DNA of 64,000 nucleotides from a virus: the IMG/VR virus record IMGVR_UViG_3300046007_007030. The stretch is one strand, 5' to 3'. A program made the translations under genes and the position numbers. This document shows positions 36,319 to 44,400 of the stretch, one piece after another. The stretch's first letter is position 1. Each line of letters starts with the position of its first letter. The notes beneath the pieces were generated by a model. The model searched no databases. It was given only the letters and a program-made list of their open reading frames with translations, and had not been told where the DNA came from.

Positions 36319-36348
36319 CTTAGAACCTTCTTCTTATTGTTCTATTTA

Positions 36349-36636
36349 CTAAAACGTGCCGCCGTCGATATTCAAGACGTCTACGCCGCCGACGTCGCCT
36401 ATCTCCAGTTGCTGGACCACGTAGGTGTCGTTGGCCGAGTTATAGACCAGGGTATGCCCATTCGATACAGCCGGTGGCTCGTAGACGTCATTCAGACGAT
36501 CGAGCCTGAAGTTGAGCTGATTGAATCCGACGGTGTTCTTGATCGTGATCGGATATGAGCTGTCTATCGCCTGCTGGGTATTGGCCTTCTGAGTGACCAC
36601 CACCTTCTTCTGTCGAGTGACTACGACGTTAGTCAT
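36349..36636 (-). CDS. small virion adaptor-like protein
   Basis: LDRLNDV...GHTLVYNSANDTYV fibre-type motif; C-terminal IDGGTF. Confidence 0.6.
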   Translation of the reverse strand: MTNVVVTRQKKVVVTQKANTQQAIDSSYPITIKNTVGFNQLNFRLDRLNDVYEPPAVSNGHTLVYNSANDTYVVQQLEIGDVGGVDVLNIDGGTF

Positions 36637-36639
36637 GGC

Positions 36640-36969
36640 TTACCTCGTGACTTGCGGATTGATTGTCACGATGCCTTCTACGATTCTGGTGATGCTGTTG
36701 GCCGCGTCAGTCAATTCGACGTCATAGACGTACCTGCCGGCGGTGATGTTGCCGGTCTGGTTAGCCGTCAGAGACATAGTGATCTCTCCGGCTGATACGT
36801 TGATTGCGGTGGTAAATTGGACAGTCAGAGAGGAGCTGTAGCTCTTTCTGATCTGAGATGTGGCATTGGAGCTAGTGAGATCGAGGATCTCACCGTCCTC
36901 GTCGGTCAGAGTCAGGACGGTCTCGTAAGTAGCACCCTGATCTATGAATAAGTTTGCCTTAGTGGCCAT
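36640..36969 (-). CDS. conserved T4-like virion protein (putative fibre anchor)
   Basis: ANLFIDQGATY...SQIRKSYSS...GRYVYDVEL...RIVEGIVTINPQVT pattern. Confidence 0.65.
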   Translation of the reverse strand: MATKANLFIDQGATYETVLTLTDEDGEILDLTSSNATSQIRKSYSSSLTVQFTTAINVSAGEITMSLTANQTGNITAGRYVYDVELTDAANSITRIVEGIVTINPQVTR

Positions 36970-36998
36970 GTCCGCCTCTCAGTATTTGTATCTTAGGC

Positions 36999-37006
36999 TA
37001 TTTATG
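36999..37006 (-). promoter_or_regulatory. late promoter variant CATAAATA
   Basis: One mismatch to TATAAATA; intergenic, upstream of 36969. Confidence 0.55.
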
Positions 37007-37022
37007 TTGCCGCAAAAACTGA

Positions 37023-37310
37023 CTATACCCAAGAGGCGAGTGCGGCCCTCTGCCAAGTATTAGGAGCCACGCAGACGTATATGAATCCACTGGCCCAGGC
37101 TATCTGACCAGGAGTGCCACTAGAACCGGCAGTGAGAGGTGGGCTAGAAGTCGTCAGGGTTATCGAGTTGACCGTCATGGAGAGGGTAGAGGTGTTCCCG
37201 TTGGTCAGGACTCTATCTAGATTCGTGTCCTCGCGTAGGTCCCTGAAGTTCTCGTCTACTTCTCCGTAGGTGAGAGCGCTTCCCTTATTGGTCCTGTATG
37301 TTATCGTCAT
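37023..37310 (-). CDS. small virion/fibre-like protein
   Basis: KGSALTYGEVDENF N-terminal motif; GQIAW..FIYVCVAPNTWQR C-terminal motif. Confidence 0.6.
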   Translation of the reverse strand: MTITYRTNKGSALTYGEVDENFRDLREDTNLDRVLTNGNTSTLSMTVNSITLTTSSPPLTAGSSGTPGQIAWASGFIYVCVAPNTWQRAALASWV

Positions 37311-37516
37311 GAGTACTGTTCCGTGCTGCTGTTCGCCACAAAGATTCCGGACTGAGCTCCGTTAGCATTGTAGTAGATGCCTACGTAGCTGACGTGGCTA
37401 TTCCCTTCGTAGCCAGGAGTCTTCTCGAAGTAGTCTCTGACCGAGTATTCGAAGAACTCCGTCTCAGCGTCAGTGGGGGCGGAGTCGAAGGTGTATCCGT
37501 TGACCAAGTTGGCCAC
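37307..37516 (-). CDS. hypothetical protein
   Basis: 69 aa, tightly packed between PAAR and the next gene (ATGA overlap). Confidence 0.55.
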   Translation of the reverse strand: MANLVNGYTFDSAPTDAETEFFEYSVRDYFEKTPGYEGNSHVSYVGIYYNANGAQSGIFVANSSTEQYS

Positions 37517-37517
37517 T

Positions 37518-37814
37518 TCAGTCTCCGGCTATTACGTCTGGTGATCCAGAAGAAGAGGCGTTCGGGACCCAACTAGAGTGTCCACCAGTCGCGTCTCCGA
37601 GGCGATGAACGGGGATGCCATTGACTAACACCGATCCACTTCCGGCTACTGCCGGGTCCCCGCAGTAAGTCTTGTCGCCTATCCTGACCGTCTTCTGATT
37701 ATTCGTGATCACGTCAGACGAGCCTTGAGCATAGGCGGTCCTGTGAAACGGGTTAGGCGTAGGACTGGCGTGACCTATGTGTAGATCGACGTTTACTCTG
37801 GTGACTGGTGGCAT
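37518..37814 (-). CDS. PAAR-type spike tip protein (gp5.4-like)
   Basis: GSSDVITNNQKTVRIGD..CG...GSGSVLVNGIPVHRLGDATGGH...GSPDVIAG. Confidence 0.9.
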   Translation of the reverse strand: MPPVTRVNVDLHIGHASPTPNPFHRTAYAQGSSDVITNNQKTVRIGDKTYCGDPAVAGSGSVLVNGIPVHRLGDATGGHSSWVPNASSSGSPDVIAGD

Positions 37815-38650
37815 CAGACCTCCAGCAGGTTCCTGCTGATCTTGTAGGTGCTGCTAGCCACTGCAGGAGTAGCCCATATTCTCACCGTGGTGCCGCTGAG
37901 GTTGGCAGAAAACAGTGCCAGGTTGTTAGCGACTGACCTGAGAGTAGCGTACTCGGTCGTGAACCCGGTAGTGTCGTCGTGCATCACCATGAGCTCGGTC
38001 ATCTGATAAGTGGAGTTGGCGTTGTCCTTGATAGCTACTACGTACTTACCACCTCTGTAGGCAGAACCGCTGAAGCTGTCCACTATGCTGGCCGTGGCAG
38101 TCGATACTGTCACCGAGTTGGAGCCAATGGAGTTGTCGCTGAAGTTGATCACGTTCGACACGTTTACAGGGCCAGTCACAGTCACCGAGTTAGAGAATGA
38201 CGCAGTGTTTACGAAGGTAGAGTTGCCCTGCAGGTAGAACGTCGTGGCGAACATCCTAGTATTAGTGGCAGTGGAGTTCGTAACGATCGTGATGGCGTTG
38301 CCACCGCCTATGCCGGTGATGGCGAAGGTGTTGGCGTTGACGGTGGCATTGGCGGCGTTTATGAATACGTTCGAAGTGAGAGTGGAATTGGCACCTGAGA
38401 ACGTGACGTTAGAGACTACCGCCAGGTTGGCAGCGGTGTCTACGGTGCCGCCCCTCATCTGGTAGTTGACTACCACGGTGTTGCCGCCGATGATACCGGA
38501 GACGAACGCATTTCCGCTAGTCGTATCGCCAGCAGTGTTCGTGGCCGTGGTGACCACGTTCTTGTAGGCGTTAGCCATCTGATTAGACAGTCTCAGCCAC
38601 TGAGCAAATGTGTCAGTGGCTATGACGATCTGAGTAAAGTCTTTAGCCAT
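37814..38650 (-). CDS. virion structural protein (short-fibre-like)
   Basis: TDTFAQWLRLSN N-terminus; C-terminal DSF..SAYRGGKYVV...ELMVMHD...TEYA domain. Confidence 0.65.
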   Translation of the reverse strand: MAKDFTQIVIATDTFAQWLRLSNQMANAYKNVVTTATNTAGDTTSGNAFVSGIIGGNTVVVNYQMRGGTVDTAANLAVVSNVTFSGANSTLTSNVFINAANATVNANTFAITGIGGGNAITIVTNSTATNTRMFATTFYLQGNSTFVNTASFSNSVTVTGPVNVSNVINFSDNSIGSNSVTVSTATASIVDSFSGSAYRGGKYVVAIKDNANSTYQMTELMVMHDDTTGFTTEYATLRSVANNLALFSANLSGTTVRIWATPAVASSTYKISRNLLEV

Positions 38651-38858
38651 TCTTTGTCTTCTCCATTAGGAGCTTCTTTAGTTCTGCCATCTCCATCTGA
38701 AGACTGGCTATATCTTCTTTCGTCTTCAGGTACTCTTTGTGCTGATTCTTCTGTAACACGAATCTGGAGTAGTCATCGTAGTTCGTATTGATGACGATTC
38801 CAGTATCCTTGTCTTTCTTATAACCTTCGACGTTCGTGTTTAAGTAAGTACGAATCAT
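38643..38858 (-). CDS. small conserved hypothetical protein
   Basis: YKKDKDTGIVINT + coiled coil; directly follows the DUF4815-like genes. Confidence 0.7.
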   Translation of the reverse strand: MIRTYLNTNVEGYKKDKDTGIVINTNYDDYSRFVLQKNQHKEYLKTKEDIASLQMEMAELKKLLMEKTKNG

Positions 38859-41392
38859 GCGGAAACTCCGATGGATCTGATGTCTTCGACTTCTGGGATC
38901 ACGGCGGTGCTTGTCGACAACAAGACGACCTTGATAGCGAATGTATCGTATCCGTCATATACGTGCATACTGGTATTGTAGTACCTGACGACGTTGTCGT
39001 TATTGACGTTACGGAAGGCCTGGTTCTTATAACCGAGCTTGGCCATACTCTTACCCTCGCCCAACAGGCTGTCTTTAGATGTCGAGTCGTCGAGGATGAG
39101 GCTCGTGGAGTTAGTCACACTATTCACCGAGGCGATGAAGTAGTTAGTCGGGAATAGCGGATCGTAGATCTTCACGAGGTCATTAGCCTTGATGCCGGTC
39201 AGCTCGTTAGTGAACGAAGTACCCGTTCCAGTGACAGTAGTGATACTGTTCTCGAGTTTGACAGTACCTGTAGTCACGTAAGAAGTATTCGGGCTCAGAG
39301 GCACGTTGTAAGTGTATTCTCTGATGTCTTTAGTGTTGTTAGGAGAGCTGTACTGATCGCCGCCAGAGATGTTCTCCATCAGTGTCCAGTCCTTGTCGTC
39401 GAACGCCTCTGGATCTTGAGAGTTATAGAGGCGGCTGTAGACCTTGAAGTCTGTGCCAGGAGGCCTGAACGCTCTCAAGTAGACCAGCGCGTCTTCGGCC
39501 AACCTGCCAGATTCGAAGGTGACTTTCTGTGTGACGTGCTTCGCGGCCGCTCTTCCGTAAGAGGTGTGCTCGTCGGTGTAGTCGTTGTTGATCAGGTACT
39601 TGTGGAAGTACACGAACGAAGTATTAGGTCTCGCGTCTATGAAGTCATTGTTAGAAGTAGTAGTGACCACTATCATAGCGTCATTGCCGCTCTGAGTGGA
39701 CAGTAGCACGACTTCATTGGACCTAGACATGATGACAGGAGTGTTACTGTAAGACAGGCCATTCTTAACGAAGTTCTTAAGATTTCGCTGGCTAGAAGTA
39801 GCGTTCTGATTGACAGTGATCACACCGTTAGGAGCCTTGTAGTAGGCTAACTGATGCTTGAGAGTATACGTCGTACCACCGGGGTTGTTGACTCCTACTT
39901 GAGGAGTGATGGAGTCTATTTCGCAGTTGATGACGTCGACGTCTTTGATAGTGTACTTCTTGATCTCCGACTTCAACCACGGTCCTTCTACTAGAGAGAA
40001 AGTCGCGCTTGAGCCGCTGCTCAGAGTCGTCGAGTTGGCCCTCACCGCCACTACCGGTTGAGTCACCATACCAGAGCCTGCGTTAGTCAGATAGATGGCC
40101 GTGAGATTACCGCTGGCGTTGGTACGAACGTTAGCATACGCATTCGTAGACCCCGCGCTAGCTGAAGTAATTTCCAGGTAGTCATTATTGGAGTAGCCAC
40201 CGCCATTAGCGGTGATAGTCACTGAGTGAATGCTGTTGTTGACGAACCTGTGAGTCAAGTTCGCGCTCGAGTTCTTGAGGATGAGCAAGTCCTGCCTGAC
40301 TCTGTCCGGCCAGTACCAGCTAGGAGTGTTAGTCAATGAGTTGAACGACTTGGAAGAGTCGCAGAAGTCTACGAACCCTACTGGCGACACCATGAAGTTC
40401 GCGACTGAGTTAGTGAAAGTCGGCGCCCTGTCGACGATGACGCTATTTCCATCAGCCGATAGCACTCTGCAGATGTTGTACTTGGTGTTGTCGTCTGACG
40501 GGTGAGCGACGTCTTGGCCTGCAGAGACGAGGACCATATAGTTGTCGTTCGAAGAACTCGAGAAGATCGCGCTGAAGTTGGCGGTCGGAGAAGAAATGGA
40601 TGTTAAGCCTCTCTGCACGTCTATAGTGTGCACTACTCCATTGTTGCTGGCCAGTGGATTTACTTGGAATACTGGTTCGCCTTCGTGCGCCTTAGTGGTG
40701 CTCTTCGAGTGCTTGCTGTCGAATAAGATGTACTCGTACTTAGCCGGCGGCAGTGAGAACGTCACCGAGGCAGTCGAGTTAGCGACATCAGTACCGGAGT
40801 TTCTGTATCTAGCCACGAAGACTTCAAATTTTAGATCTTCGTCTGACATGGCTACCCAAGTAGCCTTATCATCGACGCCTTGATTAGCGCCGGCGCTACC
40901 TGCTGCAGTAGGATTAGAATCCTGAGTGATTCTGTCTCTAGTCTTGTAGAGATTACCGACTAGTCTATCACTATTTCCCGGTGATATGGTAGTCGTTCCG
41001 ATGTACGGCTTACCCTTCTTATTCGTCCAGAGTTCGAAGTCTTCTCTGCCGTCGAACCTGATGTACAGCGCATACATCTTATCGGTCTGGATGTAGACTT
41101 CCGCTGGAAAAACGATGCTCGTCTCCTGCGACCCGTCACCAGATCTTTTGATCTGATTATACTCCACGCGACCAAATTCAGAGACTTCTCGTAAGTCAGG
41201 AGTGCCGTCTGAGTTGACTGGAGTTATAGCGACGCTTACTCCAGGCTCGAAGATGCCGGATCTGTTTTGATCTGACGTAGTTCCTCTCTTAGGCCTAGCC
41301 TTGAAGTACAAGTCCACCTTCGATATATTGACCTGAGGAGAGCCTCTGACTTTTGCTTTGTCTATGAAGAATGTTTGCGCGTAATCATACAT
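38855..41392 (-). CDS. baseplate-associated structural protein, C-terminal-type half of a DUF4815/VrlC-like protein
   Basis: AQTFFI..ISKVDLYF, DLKFEVFVARY, KHVTQKVTF, REYTY, FAIKVVLLS...IPEVEDIRSI. Confidence 0.7.
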   Translation of the reverse strand: MYDYAQTFFIDKAKVRGSPQVNISKVDLYFKARPKRGTTSDQNRSGIFEPGVSVAITPVNSDGTPDLREVSEFGRVEYNQIKRSGDGSQETSIVFPAEVYIQTDKMYALYIRFDGREDFELWTNKKGKPYIGTTTISPGNSDRLVGNLYKTRDRITQDSNPTAAGSAGANQGVDDKATWVAMSDEDLKFEVFVARYRNSGTDVANSTASVTFSLPPAKYEYILFDSKHSKSTTKAHEGEPVFQVNPLASNNGVVHTIDVQRGLTSISSPTANFSAIFSSSSNDNYMVLVSAGQDVAHPSDDNTKYNICRVLSADGNSVIVDRAPTFTNSVANFMVSPVGFVDFCDSSKSFNSLTNTPSWYWPDRVRQDLLILKNSSANLTHRFVNNSIHSVTITANGGGYSNNDYLEITSASAGSTNAYANVRTNASGNLTAIYLTNAGSGMVTQPVVAVRANSTTLSSGSSATFSLVEGPWLKSEIKKYTIKDVDVINCEIDSITPQVGVNNPGGTTYTLKHQLAYYKAPNGVITVNQNATSSQRNLKNFVKNGLSYSNTPVIMSRSNEVVLLSTQSGNDAMIVVTTTSNNDFIDARPNTSFVYFHKYLINNDYTDEHTSYGRAAAKHVTQKVTFESGRLAEDALVYLRAFRPPGTDFKVYSRLYNSQDPEAFDDKDWTLMENISGGDQYSSPNNTKDIREYTYNVPLSPNTSYVTTGTVKLENSITTVTGTGTSFTNELTGIKANDLVKIYDPLFPTNYFIASVNSVTNSTSLILDDSTSKDSLLGEGKSMAKLGYKNQAFRNVNNDNVVRYYNTSMHVYDGYDTFAIKVVLLSTSTAVIPEVEDIRSIGVSA

Positions 41393-41428
41393 TCGTTTCT
41401 GTTCCCGTAATTACTTCATTGTTCACGA

Positions 41429-44400
41429 TCAGATCTCTCTAAAACCAGAGAAGAGCTTGAACGATAGTTGCGTCTTTATCTGAGCGTATGAGCTACCGTC
41501 CGTACTATATATTTCGATGACCGGCTTCTCTACTTTTTCATAATCATCCTTCGGTTGCTTTTTAGCAGGCACGTCTAGGTTCTGATCTTGCAAGACATAG
41601 AGATAGGCTTCTATCTGTCCCTTCGCATCCGTCATGACGAACCCGTCAGGAGCGTCATTGAAGAAGTCTGGTATCTGAGAAGAGAGATTTGCCCAGGTAA
41701 CAGAAACACCCGTAGTAGCGAATGGCGGAATCGGCACTACCGTGTCGCGGACACTCGTATCGCAGAGGTGAGTCAAGTCTTGCTTAGAGAATAGCACCTT
41801 ATGCTTAGTCGAAGGCTTCAAGCCCGCGGCCGTGAAGTGAATCCTGTAGTAAGTAGCCTCTCCAGCGTTTTTCTTTGATACCTTGACGTCTTTGACTCCC
41901 TTAAAGAACATAGTACCGTCATAGCGAGCTATACCGCCCGGATTAGTAGGAGCGGGCGTAGTAGTGCAAGTGACGTTGATCGGATACTCGATCCTGTATC
42001 TCCAGATGATGGAGTGATTAGTCACTTCGATCTTATAGAATCTACCGTTGGCAGGATTATGATTGAAAGTCAGCTTACCACCGTATCTCATGCCATTAGT
42101 CGGACTACTGACTTTTTGATGATTGGATAGGCTATCTCTAGACGAGATGTAGCGACCACTTATCTTGAAGAACCCGTCTGGTAGAGCGCTCATGTAGTTC
42201 TGATCTGCAGTAGACAAAGGCGTCGAGCTTCCTGTGGTCAAGAACGGAGCGCCAAAATTATTCGCTGTCGTAGACTGATACACGCGCATCACGTCTGCGC
42301 CGCTGTAGAAGTACATATAGATGTTCACGACCCCGGAATCAGCTCCTAGATTGTTAGCCATAGTGAAGTAGGCAGTGCTTATTCTCTGATTGCCGGTCTT
42401 CACTTCCCTGCCCTGCGTCTCCTGATAGTCGGCCCTGGCCACACATATCGGCAAGTCATTGCCAGTGGCCCTGTCCTGACTGACGACGCTGAAGTCCGTA
42501 TAAGGACCCTCGCCGCCAGGGAGCTCTATCTTGATGAGTTCGTACGGTGGCACTGCTCGCTTCTTTTCGATAGAGGCGGAGTACTCGACGCTGTCTATGT
42601 CGGTGTAAGACCTGTCATCGAACGCGTCAGCGAAGAATCCGAACTTGAACCTGTTGATGTTGCTAGCGATAGAGCTAGGTAAGTTGAGGTCCTTCGTGGA
42701 GAGCTCTAGATTAGAGAGTGATACGTAGTACTCTAGATCTTTGATCCTGCGCTCGAGAGATCCGATGTCTTCCATCGAGTAGCGGCGAGGTTGCTCTATC
42801 GCTATGTCTTGCTGCGTCAGTAGTCTCGTGACACGCTTGCTGCTCTGACGACGAGTAAGCTTGACGTCGTTGATGACAGACTTATTGACGACACGGTTTA
42901 TAGAAGCGGCCGCGTTCTCTTCTAGCGAAGGATACGCTGGGACTTTGATGTAGTTCAAGATCATGGTATTCTTAGAAGGCACGGGAGTCAGTAACTCATC
43001 CGGATCTTTAGAATTCAGGATAGTAGTCGGATACGGGTGACCCCTAGAAGTTCCAATTCGACCGTCTGAACCGATGTAGACGGTGTCGATGCGACCGAGG
43101 AAGTACTCCGTGGTGAAGCTCATATTGCTGTCTGGAACCGGGAACTTCTTGTTAGTCGCCGAGAAGGTAGTCGTATACGCCGGATTGAGAGTAGCGTCGG
43201 CTACCGTCGACGCCAGATTAGCCGTGTTGGCTACCTTAGGACGGAAGTCGATGTGGCTGATCATGTCGTAGTTAGTGCCACCAGCCGCATGAATTTCTGG
43301 TATCTCGAACGTGTTGATATAAGAGTTATTGAGCTCAGTGATCGACTTGGCGTCGGTGTTGGCTCTCGTGGTAGAGTTCGCACTCACATACGAATTGATG
43401 TGTACCGGCCTGTCTTCGTAGTTACGAGTGAAGGCGTCGAACTTGACCAAGATATAATCGTTCGGGCCGATGACCAGCGAACTGTCCCTGTTCTTGACCA
43501 AGAAGCCGAGATCGGCGTAGTTCGTGGTGTGATTATGGTCGATGACGAAGTCTCTGGTCACTTCAATGCTGCTCGTATTGACTGCAGAAGTGTTAGCGAT
43601 GTACACGGCCTTGAGACGGAATATGTCCGGAACACCCAAGCACCACGGGCCATTCAAGTTCACCGCCCTGTAGATGTCGGCATTGCCAGTGAAGTTAACC
43701 GTGCTCGTCAAGTTCATGGCGGTGGAGTTGATGACGACGCCCACGTTAGCCAAGAAATTCTGTCCAGAGTTCTGAATTCTGAGTCGCTGTCCTGCGCTGA
43801 AGTTCGCCGTGGTAGTGTTAGACACCGTGTTGCTGCCACTATTGAAGTAGCCATCCACGCCGCTGCCGTATGCTGAGTAACCGAAGCCAGTAGAGTTGTT
43901 GGCCGGGTAGATCTTCACATACAGGTCGCGATTGGCGGTCTTCGTGGTGATAGACGAATTCGAGACGGAGATGTTGAACGCCGCGGCCAGAGGGATCGTG
44001 GTACTAGAGCCGAAGAGTCTAGTGCCGAGATCGATGGTGAGCTGTTGCGCGTTTATGTCGGCAGTAGCGGTGACTCCATTGCGAGTCAATATCGGCAGCG
44101 GAACGTACTTAGGGAAAGTCCTAGTCACCGTCGCAACCGCATTAGTGAATGTGCTGTTAGCGTCGATGGTTAAGTGAGTACCGTTAGCTATGTTGACGAT
44201 TCGACGCAGCTCAGTGCCACCGGTGCTGTTGCTGGACAGGCGAATGTAGTCGCCTATGCGCAGCGAAGTAGTGAACGAGGTGTTACTAGAAGAGATGACC
44301 TTAGTAGAAGTGCTGATGTTGGAGTTTCCAGCGCCTCCGGCTGCGGCGTTCGCGAATACGTCGACCAGCGGCATGATGACCAGTTGCTGCTTCTGTGTGT

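Noticed and set aside
41393-41431. Stop-codon read-through joining the two DUF4815-like ORFs, which are in the same frame
   Set aside because: The spacer reads TGA TCG TGA ACA ATG AAG TAA, three stops of two types, so read-through or recoding is implausible.
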